Below are positions 1 to 13,311 of a stretch of DNA of 64,000 bases, piece by piece. Positions within the stretch are counted from its first letter, which is position 1. Every line of letters starts with the position of its first letter. The stretch lies in assembly GCF_000150275.1 (NCBI RefSeq), contig NW_002060945.1:3743172-3807171 (forward strand), in the 5' to 3' direction. The notes beneath the pieces were generated by a model. It saw only the letters and a program-made list of their open reading frames with translations. It made no database searches and was not told where the DNA came from. This DNA is from Trichoplax adhaerens. Its lineage: Eukaryota > Animalia > Placozoa. Made by a program: the position numbers and the translations under genes.

Positions 1-1990
1 AATGCAGTATGTGATGTGCACCGATAAAGCAAATGATCTTAGCTGATAGTATGATATAACTACTATTATGGTAATAGAATTAGATAATTAAGATATAAAC
101 AGACGTAAGACAGCTACTCATTAGAAATTGGGCGAATATTTAGATATAATACTTTCAACTTAAGAGTTTGTAGATAGATACAAATAGGCTTATAAACCTA
201 CAGACTATTAACACTTTCTAGCTATGAAAATCTACCGTACAAAATGTTTTGATTGTAAGTAAATGTAGTTGATGATAGAAGAATGGAGTATCAGTTCCCT
301 CACGAAGATTGCTCTGCTAGTAATTCAGAAGCAGGAAGTTGTTTCTCTAGCATAAGTTTAGGTATCAGGTGAAGATCGATTAACGATTCATAGTATCGTT
401 TCAAATCGGTTATGGTATTATTACCAATTTTTATGGCGGGAACACTAGTTGTTTGGGATAAATGTTATGCATACGCACTGTATAACCATTAAATAAATGT
501 TCAGAATTGGTATCAAAGCGATCTCACAAATAGATAAACTAATTATAATTATTAGACTTGGGTTTTTTCAACAGACTTTCATAATTATTAACGACTTTAC
601 CACTATTGGAATTCTGTGCTGTGATTGCTACCCCCGAGGTATTTTATGATATCATAAGCTACTGATATTGGTAGTATGCAATTATTCTGTCATTACAGTA
701 ATGTTAATTTACCGAATACATTCTAATTTTGCACACTATGTACTGGTATATCTGACAGATAAAGATGCTAGTTGTTCAAGAAATTTCCGTATTAATGATA
801 CAAAAACTAACAGCTACTCTCCATACATTTTATCAAATCTTATAATAACGTACACCTATTTCGAAGTATCATAAAGATTTAAATTTCTGGATACTTTCTC
901 CGTAATCTCCTCAATGATACAGTATCAAATTATCAACGATGAAGATTAAAGATTATAAAGCATTTATTGGTATTAATTGAAGGATTACTTATTACTAGCT
1001 GCTAATACTAGCGGTATTTAAGCAAGCCTGACAAAGTATTACGAGATTGGTCCCTCATAAAAGAGGCCTTCCATATCAGTTCAGTTAATATATGTTATAC
1101 TCGTATGATGACATTAATAGCGAGATTAAGCTTAGGATATTATTTATACACATAAATCCTATTGAAATATATTCTTTGTAGATATTTGAGCTGATATTTT
1201 ATGTGAACTTTTTTCTAGATGCTGAATGTTTAAAATTCTAACACATTAGTAGTTTAGCTACTAATGATTTGCATGCTGATATGCTATGACTATCTACTGA
1301 CTATAGAATCTAATCATGATTGGAGTAATTCACTTATTTAATATTGAATTAGTTTATCAATAAATTATTTCAAGATTTTTCTCTAATAGCATATAACTCA
1401 ACAACATCGATATCACAATAAAGTTACGCAATATATCAATGCGTATCTTATAGATTATAGTTCACGATCACTTTATAGATCTTTATCAGAAGAGGATATT
1501 TATTTATCGAGATCGTAAATCATTATTATAAAAATACACCAAAATACATAAAGGATGTGCATTATTAGTAATGCTGAAAATGATTATTATTGGGATGTGC
1601 AACGGAGCGTCGTAGTATCTACGAATCTTTTCAGAATTGGAATTTTGAGATCAGCTTTAAGTTGCTATATGTTTTAATATACCTTTCATATACTTTATAG
1701 GATTCTAATTTCTTTATAGCATTCATCTATTTAGGATATCATAACATATGAGATATTGGACTAGCTCCATCGCTTAAAGACAGAATAGCAATAATAGGTT
1801 GTGATAAAAAGTAACGAACGATTAAGCTGTAAATGATAAAGTAGCTCAATTGCGATTGAGGAATATTTTTTTTCGATGTATGTAATGAATAAATCAAATA
1901 AGATGAATATGGTCAACAGCTTTACATATTTGAATCAAATTAGGATCCGAAGTAAAAGATTTAAATGTACATTATTTTTTTATTGAATGG

Positions 1991-4900
1991 TCAGTTATAT
2001 TTCAGGTATTTTAAACTTCTTTGTAGTCTCTCGATATCCGCATCAAGAATGGCTAATTCTTTTCTGAATTCAACTTCATCTTTAGAGGATACGGCAGACG
2101 TAGCATCATCGTCCATTTGATCGAGAACAGCATCATGACTTTGCTGATAATTTCTATCTTTTAATTCGGCATAATCATTATTTTCCTGATTTAATAAAAC
2201 ATTTTCGGTGCTTTCCGACTGATAGCGATGATTGTTATTGTCTAATGCGTCATAGATAGGCTTCTTCTTTTCAGGTGTTTTATTTGTAGCAACGATGATT
2301 TCAGAATGTTGATCAGGATTCATGCCATTATTTTGCATTATATATTCCTGGCCACCTTGATCTCTCTTTGGCGAATTATGTTGCAATGTTCGGTAAGGGT
2401 TAAATTTCGAACCGGGTGATGTTGATTTGGTGCTAACGGTATCACTACAGAGAGGAAGAAATGAAATTAGTTACTATAATATATAAAATCAATCTAATGT
2501 TGGTTACATATTTGTATTGACGTAACTTATATGAACCTAAGCCTCTATTTTATCAAAAATGTTTGATTTTAACCTGACTTGCAGTCCGGATGTTGTCGGT
2601 AAATATGATTCAAGACTGTAATTATGATTTACTCCCGATATTGGTTCTTGTTTTTTAATTTCTGCATCGTAACTATAGCTGTTCAGTTGGTTTTTGTTTT
2701 GGGTCTTTTCCATTGTGGTTACCAAACCAGTCATCATTTCTTTCGTTCTCCTATGGAAATAATAGATTTTCACTCCTTCAAGCACTACTAATCTTGTAAA
2801 TATCGAAACAATGTCTAAATTATAACAATAATTAACATGATCATGACGTACAACCTTGAAATATCTTCATGTCTATTTATTTCAGCTTCTTTCTGTTGAA
2901 CAGCAATTGATAAAATTTGTTGTTCTTTCTTTGCCGCTTCTAAAGACATCTGAGTTACTTCTAAGCGTGCCGTTAGTTCTGCTCTTTCTGCTTCCATCTG
3001 CAGTACCTTCTTTTCCAATCTTTCTTCCTTTTGCCTGTATTGGTTTTCCTACGATATTGTAAATATTTTCATTCAACAAGGTTAATTATTCAAGAATATA
3101 CTACTATTGTCTATACTTATGAGATAACTATTCGCTAAGTTAGTAACCCTTTTATTAATCTAAAATATCTGCACTAAGTATAGATTAATTATTGTTACCT
3201 GAATCACTAATTGATTTTTCAGTTTTTCAATATCATCACGAAACTCTTCTGCTGTCTATTGCAATTATTTTGGTTCAGAGATACGAACATGAAATTAATT
3301 ATTTCAATTTAGTGATAAGATCTCGGAACTGCTATCTAGCAATCATTTAGTCATGATGATAACTTTAATAAATAATAAAGTATATAACGAAAAGCAATAA
3401 AAAAATCCGAACTATAAACGCAATAAATCTGTTTGTTCTATCGTAATGATTATGATTTCAGTTGTCCAGGATTTAATTACGCATAGGAAAGTTAGCATAT
3501 GAGTGAGCTTCTCTTACCCTTGACAACTGACTGATTGTTTCCTTATGATGTAATACAGACTGTCTCTCATTCAGTAACCCTTCCTGGCTTTTTTTCACCT
3601 GTTCCTCTAGAAGGTTATTCATCGTTTGCAACGATTTAACTGTTTATTACGAATACAGATAAAACCATAACCTAATTAATCACTTATTCAATTATGCAAG
3701 CAACTGTTGCTAAGCTAGCATAGATGATTTCTACCTTAGACTACTAGAAGAAGACCTTCTAGTAATCCATGATTCTACTTATATACGATGTGCAATTACG
3801 TGGATTTATTATTATAGTGAAATATTAATTTTCGAAAGCATAATTCCCCTTATTGAGTTTATAATCTTGGCATGCATGTATTGGAAAAATATGAATCTTG
3901 CTTCTTACTTTGATATTCCTGATCTTGTCTTTTTTCATTTTCCTTGACAGTTTCTTCGAATTCTTTTAATGTATTTTGAGACAGTCTCAGTTGCCTAAGA
4001 TAATATTAATAGTTCATAATTTTAGTCCTTCAACAATTCGTCCGTTCTTTCCTTATAATTATGATTTGGATATATCATTGGTCTAGCTTGATCTTGTATG
4101 AATCTCGCTATAAGTATTACTTTACTTTATTGACGTTTAATAGTTGAGTATTCATTAAAAACAGTCTTTTTATTAAGTTAAGGATTATTAACCAGTTGAA
4201 AAGTTTCATAATTAAATAGAATGGGAATAAGGATAGTAATATCTCTCTGTAATAAGAATGTGATTTACAGTACCACTAGAAATTTAGAATAGTACCATAT
4301 TCCACAACTGTAACTGTCTGTTACCTCCTTAATCGGCTATTATCGCAGTAGACAGATTGTAAATATTGATCAGCTTTATCGTAATCCTTTAATTCCGATT
4401 GAATCTTGATTATGTATTTATCAATTTCATTAATGTTGTTTTTCGCTTTGGTCATGCCTTAAAAAATATTTAAAATATAAATGGTGATGGCTATTACTGA
4501 TTAATTTGAGTAAATTATGATCTACAATTTTTAGATGGAAATGTGGCATTAATTTAGATTATAGCGAATGTTTTGAATTTTGTAATGATATATTCTAATC
4601 CTTAGTCTATCTGCCGCGGCTGAACTGAACAGTTTTGTTAGTAGCTGATAATAATTAATACGAGCATATCAGAACATTAAATACTTACTATAAGATCGAA
4701 TATTATTGCGAAGATAGTTAAGCTGTTTCTGCAGACTTTTAACATGGCCAGTGCATGCTTTGCTATCAAGACGTTGAGGTGGAGGAGATGGTGGAGGGTT
4801 ATATGGTGATATAGCTGCAATGCTATTGTTAAATCCATTTCTATCATCATTGATTGGATCTTGATTAGCTTGAAGAATGTCTAGATTGTAATAGGTAGGA

Positions 4901-6814
4901 AAATTTTATTAGGCAAATAGCTATCGTGTCGAGTACGTATCTTGTAAACTAACCTTTTTTTGTCCTATGTGCTGGTGTAGCGTGCTCATTAGGATATGAA
5001 ACGGGATGTGATTGAGTATTTGAGCGGTCTTCGAATTGTTTTTGCTCATTTTCTATTCGAGACTGCTTACGTTGTAGGTCAGCCAGTTGCTTCCTTAGAA
5101 TTGCCTCCTTCCGTAATTGTTTATTTAATAACTCTTGTTGTCGTTGTAATAGTTCGAATGATATAAGCGGTTTAGGATCTTCCACGTCAGTAGAATGGAT
5201 ATTGTCACGAATTTTGCCTGCGTATATTGGTAAAGAAGATTTTTAACAGTTACAACCTTTTACAGTACAAAGTTGTGTGCACTTGAATCACGTTTTTATT
5301 TATAACCGTTAGATAATCTTGAAGCATGATATCGCATTATTCATTCAGATTAATTGATAATTGATATGATGCTTATATATTAGTGAATTAGTGTTACTGT
5401 TAGATATACATAGATGCCCGTATAGTCAATTTTTAACCTGATGGCACACGGCTCTCTTGAGCTAGTATGGCAGATAATAAAGACTCGCGTGTCTCTGATT
5501 CTTTTTCGCTATGTTTCATCTAGAAATGAATTAAAAGAATTCTTTGCAATAGCAAGATATTCATCATCTTGGAAATCAGTATTGTAAGTAGTTAGGAATG
5601 ATATTGTAAGTGTACTGTGTGCTGATTATATATAGTTATAATTAGCTAATACTCTATTCCTAAATCAACCACAGAATACAACTGATAGGTTGAGTAAGTT
5701 GCGCAGCTGAACCACAATATCGTTGGTATCCATCTAACGGTTTATGGCGAATAATAAATTTGTGTACCTGATCATCAGTGTCCGTCGAATATAAAGAGTA
5801 AGAATCTTCCGCTATCAAATCTTTGGGGTTTTTAGTAGGAAATCTATTAATCGATGTAAAAATGATAGTAAAACATTTAATTTGTGATCAATGCGAAGTT
5901 TATAGTCAAGAATTAGACTTATCCCGAGCATACTTTGCTTTATTCGTACTGGAAATTTCTCTGTCATTTTGTGCTGCCTATTTTGCATATCAGAAGGACA
6001 TACATTTAAGATAGTTAGCATGATACTACGTTGTTAGCTACGTATCATGTACAAGTACTGTATTAGTCACTTTCAAAATTTAGAAATGAAAAGTTTCAGC
6101 TTTCGAATACAAATTATTGGGTATAAAGTTTTAACGTCAGTTGATTAGATTGCAAATAAATTCTGATAGTAATCTATTGTGTAGTAGTATCGGTTATAAT
6201 TTGTGATTCAGTATTTATTTGATACTGTTACTATTGACAATCTCGTCTGATATAGGTTCATCAGCGAAGTAATTTACGTCAGGGCAAACTCACAAAATTT
6301 CTGCAGCTATTCCAATGGTATTAATTTTTTGTATAAAAGTATTATAACGGATTGTCTTTTAAAACATACTGTACAGGAATGGCTATTAAATATAATTTAT
6401 CACAGTAGAGGTGACGATATTAATATTTGTATTTTGCAATTGGGACGTGATATGAAAGATAACGATTATACAGTATAATACCAATATAGTGAGAATTTAA
6501 AATAGGATTGTAACTCTATGTCTAGATTATAATTAATTTATAAGAGTAATATTAAATAACTTATAGATAGTTATAGTTATGAATACTAGCTACAATATTA
6601 TAACAAACGACATTTTGAATGATGACGATTATTCGTATGTACTACGGGAGTATAGGTACTGTATTTCTAGCTATGACTAGGTACTTAGACGTGCAAATTC
6701 ATTCCAACTACTTAAAATGGAAAAGAATATTTTTATTTATAAATTTTTTTTGATTATTTAAAATCATTGCCACGGTACCTTCCTCTTATTCCTGTAGCGC
6801 CTTAATGACATCAT
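1991..6814 (-). CDS. CCDC14: CCDC14-like coiled-coil (centriolar satellite) protein, about 13 exons; start exon tentative
   Basis: Phase-compatible GT-AG exons give LQSVYCDNSRLRRQLRL, SLQTMNNLLEEQV, LEAAKKEQQILSIAVQQKEAEINR and C-terminal SSKDEVEFRKELAILDADIERLQRSLK. These resemble remembered CCDC14 blocks ([53 protein letters not shown]). Candidate first exon 6779-6814 encodes MMSLRRYRNKRK. AATAAA on the minus strand at 1979-1984. Confidence 0.72.
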
Positions 6815-9705
6815 TAATTTACTTCCATTGAATGTTATTTTAGTTAATAAGTGTCAGTGACCAAGATATTTCACTATAAACATGCATAGAAAATAACTCC
6901 AGCCTTTGACTGTTGGATGTCGGTAGAAGTTGCGCGCCAACTTTTTCTCGCGATTTTCGGATGTACTTTAAATGCTAACTAATGCTAATGAGTGATACTA
7001 TCTATTGTCTAGCGATGTTTCCTCAATAGAATCTAATAGAAAACAAAGACATTAAGTCTAATGAATAGGTACAGTAACCATTTATGAATGGTTCAAACTT
7101 GATCCATTGTGAATTATTGATTTTTAATAAATGCTACACAAATAGGATTATTATCTTGCGTTGGTATCATTGTTATTTATGAGAAAACAGAGCCGTAGAT
7201 TAGGTGCTATTGAGAAAAGTAGATGGTGCAGTGTCTTAGTTAATAATAATATGCTGTAGCTTATAGTTTACTGTATAGTGTTTAATATTAGCAAATTTAT
7301 TTATGTTGGAATCCGTTTATTTTAATGCTATCGAACATTTTTTAAACCATGGCATTAATTGCATTGCAATGTTGATTTGATAACTTATTTCAGTCCTATG
7401 ATTATATGCCAAGATCAGGCAAGATACGTGCATATACGCTACAATTTGGCAATTATGACGAACAATTTAGCGATAACTAAAAATTATTGTACATTATACA
7501 CTGTAGCTATAAATTGTGGATCATTGATTACTGGTATATTCTTATAGCAAAATATCTTCGATCTATGCATACTGTCTGTAGCTTGCCGTAATTTAAATTT
7601 CAAATAACTATTTTATGAACTAATCACCACACTCTTAAACGATTACTAAAGATACATTAGACAGATTCGTTAATCTTAAAATCGAATTAATTGTGATTAG
7701 ATTTAGAGTTATTACCAGGTCAATAGATATTTTGTTGGGCTTTATAATATTTATTGGTGAATTAACAAAAATCTTACTATTACCGTAGTAACATCCAAAT
7801 ATACTTAATTAGCCTGAAATGTATTGATGGAATTTCGAAGAGTGTATATATACTTTTGGATATAGCTATACACGTAGGTATGGGTGTAGGTATTATTAAT
7901 AGTAGAGACGATGATACAATCTAGTAGATATTATGACCCTCGTTGTAAACGTAAAATATTTTTAATTTAAATCAATTGATTTTACAATGTAATAAGTCAG
8001 TCAGATAGCTCGCGTGACTTTTATTAATGACAAGCTTGCACAGTATGCAACAGAGTTTATTTGTTTGATATTTCTATAATTAAATTATAGAAGATATAGC
8101 AATGTAGCTGCTACATAACAGTATGTTGTTCATCATTATGATAGGCTTTTTGTAAATACATATTTGCGGGGATTGGTGGTAACTGTCTACATGTAAATGT
8201 ATGTATTAGTTGATACTAGTATACATATAATAAGTATAATTTTTGGCAGCAGCTGTTTGGTAGTTAATTAGAAGAAGGACTCGGTGATATTTGGTGTTTA
8301 CACTTCTGTTTGTTTCTTCAGAAAATAGAACAACGCATTGTATCCTGTGTGTAGTCTTAAACTAATGCATCCGTATTTTACGAAGGCTGAAGAACTAGCT
8401 AATTATGTATCACATTCAATTATGGTGCTATTCTACATTAGTGTTAAAGCCTGACGAAAATATTATAATTCGTCAGTGGTAACTGCGGGGAAGTCCCTTG
8501 TGACTACCATGCTCTGCGTGCGATATTCACACGCTATGGTATACTACGTGCAATGCACCATCATCATTCGCTCGATCATCTCATCGTAATGTTAATTTTG
8601 CATCAGCATAAGGTACATTATCATTCGATGAACCATCTCATCGCATAGTGTACTTGTACTGTATCGTAACGTTGAATTCAATTCACTTTTGGGCATCTCA
8701 TGGTTGGATACATGTATTCCTAAGGGATATAGCAGTTTCTTGAAATATGCTAAGAAAGGATGGCGAGAAATAACCGTACAGTACAGTACAGTACTGTGTG
8801 TTCGCGTTAAAACTCCACTTATAGGTGTGCTAGTCTACTAGATACTGTTTAAGTTTACGATTTCCTATCGCTTTCTGATGTAATATGCATGTATTAACAT
8901 TTTCTGCATGTGTTAATTACTGCTCCGTTTCACATGTGTTTTCAGTTTCAAAATGTGGTGTGATATATACCAGGTGGATGGATAGATATACCAGTCAATT
9001 AGTACGTGGGTGGTTGTATGCTTATTTTTTAGTTGATTATCATTGATTACCTAAGTCAATTTACCATATTCTAAATAACGTAGGAATTCATCATACGAGC
9101 ATCCAAATACAGTACTGTACTACAGCGACTTCTATTTCATAGTTACCTGCTATACTATGATATAGCTAAATACTTCCATAGAGCAATAAAATCTGTAATA
9201 TGATTAACATTATACTTCAAGCACCCTATACAGTACAGTAGATGTTTTTACCTGAAAAATAACCAACTACCCCAGATGACGGTACAGTGCATGGTAGCGA
9301 GTTAGCGATATTATTTGTAACTATACACTGTACACTGTGTACAGTACGTCAATCTTCCGTTTAAAGAAGTGTTATAATGCAGATTGCAGAGCTTTGGCTT
9401 ATTTTAACTACATTACAACACACGATCGGAGATGGTTAGTGAGAGAACCATGTATAGCGATTTTAAAATTTATTTGTGTACATTTCCAATAAATAGTTTG
9501 TACGTAAATTCCGTAATCATCAAGAAAGGTTTAACTGAAAGCTAAATATAGTATCATGTCATAAATGATGTAATGGTGATAAAGCTCGTGACTAGCGACC
9601 GCGCATATGGTAGGAATCAGCGTTGCGACTCAAAATAGAGTCACTGTGTAGTTCTTGAACTGCAGGACGAGTGACACCAGTAGACTCGTAGTCCATTACG
9701 TGATG

Positions 9706-9905
9706 AAGTACTTTACTGTACTGTACTGTACAGTACGGTGATGGTACGCCATACAGTATAAAGTACTGTAAAAGGGCACGGATGGATTGTTTTTTCCATT
9801 TTTGTACTGTACACTGTACTGCACAGCCTGACGTCATGCTAACCCGTAGTACACTACAGTATGTACTGTACTGTACAGTACACTAGTGGTCTACAGTGCA
9901 TTACA
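9706..9905. repeat. TACAG/TACTG pentamer-type array in the tetraspanin promoter
   Basis: Examples are tactgtactgtactgtacagtac and tgtactgtactgtacagtac. Confidence 0.8.
9829..9836. promoter_or_regulatory. Perfect CRE palindrome TGACGTCA upstream of the tetraspanin gene
   Basis: Exact motif about 130 bp upstream of a TATA-like TATAAAT (about 9964) and about 340 bp upstream of the ATG. Confidence 0.45.
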
Positions 9906-10170
9906 CAGACAATTAAAGACAATACAGTACTTCATTATGTTCTCGGGGAGCCTGCAGCGACTTTATAAATCGTTACACACAATCTTTTTATTGTATGTTG
10001 ATGCGCAGAGGCATTCAGTAAAGTAACTTACTAAAAAACAATAGTTCTCGTTGAAAGACGTTTTCTACAATCGACTTTTCTCGCCATTTTAGTGCCGCAA
10101 GTTTCACCCCTTCAGTATTTTTCTTCCTTTTAGTTTGCTTTTAAATTTTGCTCTTATAATCTGAAACAAA

Positions 10171-13100
10171 ATGGCTCTAGACGGTAGCGCTAAATGTATC
10201 AAACTTCTTCTTTTCGCTTTCAACGTCGTATTTTTTGTAAGTATAAAAATTTTAAGCTTGTTTTGCGGTCATTTTATGTTAGTTCAGGAAAGTTTTGCTT
10301 TCGACTTGATGGGTGCGTTCTCGAAGAAATTCAGGGCGTCCAATTTGATAAATTATCTTCGTAATTATTGTTATTAACTGAAATACACTTCGTATTCATG
10401 TTTAATCTTGTAATTGTTAAATGGCTTAACCTCAAGGATCACAATTGTAGTGCGTTGTCTTGATTTACCTGCACGTTGATTCACCAGTTAATTTGCTTTT
10501 ACTGCAGTTGATTATTACTATTTTATAACGGATATACTGCACATTTGCGTCGGTAGTAAATTGCATACGAGTCCCCTCTACAGTAGTAACGTAAGAAATT
10601 GACTTTTTTTTACGCTTTGGTAAGGCTTCCGACAATTTGAAACGATTGGGTAGATGTTTCTATACGCTTGGATAGAATCATCCTTTAGATTTATTAAGAG
10701 TAGAAATTGATCGTTCTCCCGTGTGCAGTGAAGTAGTTATCGATTGTGTGCATCAGTTCCAAGCTACTAAGCCATTTCCGATTTTCGATGCTACTGATTA
10801 CTGTAAATTAATATTAGTTCCTTAATTTTTAAAATCTAAAATCTATTAGTGTTTAATATTACAGTAAAGTCGAGTTTACTTCTACCGCGAATGATTCAGA
10901 GACAGCCTTGATCAATGAAAAGCAAGCCTGCATGTCTACGACCTTTTTTTGTAGCTTGTACAGTGCGTAGATTCAACATTCAACATATCGTAAATGATTA
11001 ATTGGTTGTAATTTTTTTAGTTTTTATCACATTTAACTGGGAGACAACCGTTACTGTAGTCTGTAGCTCTTCTATTAGATTAGAAATATGCGAATACCAG
11101 AATTTTGAAAATGCAGACGATGCATTAGTATGGGTGCCGTCTGTCGACCATTTATGAGATTTTTTATCCGCTTTGTATCATCTCGTACGTTGTACCAGAT
11201 AACGTTATGATCAATTAATTCTTGATCCTAGTTCTTTTAAGTTAATTCGTAGTAATTACAGGTTAAGGTCTAGTGCATAGATTTAGAGAGTTCATGAAAT
11301 ACTTGTAGCTATGTATGTAGAATTAAAACGGATTATTTTAACAGTCAACCCTACAGTTTAAAAAAGCTATCGAGAACAGATGGGGGAGTGTGTACGAATT
11401 CGTTAGAAATTCTCCTAAGCAAAAAGAAAACTCGTGTAGCTCCAGTAACTGTACTGTATTAATATACAGTCATGCGCTGTACAGTATTGTATGTAACACA
11501 ATTTAACACTACATAATAACACTGAACTGTATACAGTAGGTCTACTGTGACTGTACCTACAGTGTAGTGTACAGAGCATTGTACTGTACGGTAAGCGGTA
11601 ACTTACGCTACTCTTTTTGTATCATACAACATACTGTACGTACGGTAAATCGGTAAGGTTGTGTCTTTGCCACACCTCTTTTTAAGCCGGTTTAGTTCAT
11701 TTACGTTAACAGTAATAAGAGAAAATTCAGAAAAGTCCTGACAAGTAATGCGATAATGAACAGCAAACTGACTCATACTTGAGTTGTGGTCACTTTATAC
11801 AGTTTACGTTTTTACTTACTTTTTGAGCTAATTTATAGTTGAACGTCTTCTCTATTAGCCCCTATTATTGAGAGTAACTTACTTGATTTTAAGTACGATT
11901 AATTTGATGTGGCTGCCTGTTGCTCGTAGATAGTTTCTTTATCAATTTCTGGTTGACTTTATAGTTTTATTTAGTAGATATATCAACTTTTATTTGATCT
12001 AATTGATTCCATGTGTGTGGTACTATAAAACTAGAAAATTTTAAATAAAGCGTTTCAGCAAGTAATTATGCTCACGATTTTATCTGATGTATTTAAAGAT
12101 TATGGGCATTGCATTGATCGTTCTGGGAGCTGTCGTTAAGAGTACATATGGAAGTGTTTTCACCATAACGAATAATGCGTTGACAAGTGCTCCAGTTATT
12201 GTAATCATAATTGGATGTATCATCTTCCTCATTGCTTTCTTTGGCTGCTTTGGAGCTATCCGAGAGAGCTACTGCATGATTACTACTGTAAGCAGTAACT
12301 TACACTTTATTCTTTTTCGATATTGCGTCTATTGATTGTAAAAGTGCTAATGGATTGTAAATTAATTTTTAAAGTTCTCCATTTTCATGGGAATAATCCT
12401 TATCATGGAAATTGTTGCCGCTATCTTAGGCTATGTCTATCGCGCGGATGTAAATATATTTATGAGCCTTCTGTAGCAATTTTCATTTCTAATACTACAT
12501 GCATTATATTGTGTTGTATTTACATCAATTTATATTATTTTTAGGTCAAGAAAGTACTGGGTAGCTCTTTTGATAAGGCGTTACACAATTATAACAATCA
12601 CAATACTTCGGCAACCGCCAAGGCTTTCGACTTTTTGCAGAGAACCGTAAGTTACTAGCTGCATTTTTATAGGATGACTTTGGTAGAATTTATGGCTAAT
12701 AGTTTTGTAATCTTATGATTATAGGTCAAATGTTGTGGATCTAATAACTATACTGACTGGTTCGATGCGCGTTTTGACGGTAATGCGATCAGCGTTCCAG
12801 ATAGTTGTTGTAAGACAATGTCCGCAGGCTGTGGATATGATATTGGACAAAATCCCAACTTAAACAATATCATCTATTCTATGGTAAGGTCAATTGTAAA
12901 TTTAATGTCGACATTTTTTTGATGATTTAGTAGTTGCTTCTAGCAGTGGATAACTATTTTCCTGTTGTTGTTTATTCCAGGGTTGCGTTAACAAACTGAG
13001 CCAGGACGTTACAAACAATCTCGGCATAATCGGAGGCGTTGCAATTGGTATTGCTTGCATACAGGTATGTATTTCTAGCGGTATTTTAATTGTTTTAAAA

Positions 13101-13311
13101 TACAGTTTGTGCAGTAGATAGTTTATTAGATATCGTTGTCTTATTATTTATCTGATTTTCTGCGTATAAAATGAAGTCTAGATCGGTTAGGCTATTGACA
13201 GCTTTGTTATATATAGTCGCTGATGAGAATTTACTTGCCTTACAGATTATCGGTATCGTCTTCGCTTGTTGCTTAATGCGTAGTATTCGATCTGGCTATG
13301 AACAAGTTTAA
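10171..13311 (+). CDS. CD63: Tetraspanin, CD63-like (7 coding exons)
   Basis: Starts MALDGSAKCIKLLLFAFNVVFF and contains FFGCFGAIRESYCM. The large loop has CCG and PDSCC. The C-terminus IVFACCLMRSIRSGYEQV* carries a GYxxV lysosomal sorting motif as in CD63 (SIRSGYEVM). First intron about 1.86 kb; AATAAA at 13425-13430. Confidence 0.93.
11445..11645. repeat. TACAG/TACTG array in tetraspanin intron 1
   Basis: Dense ctgtactgta, tacagta and actgtacg units. Confidence 0.7.

Noticed and set aside
8487-8497. NF-kB-like GGGGAAGTCCC
   Set aside because: A single short motif with no supporting context.
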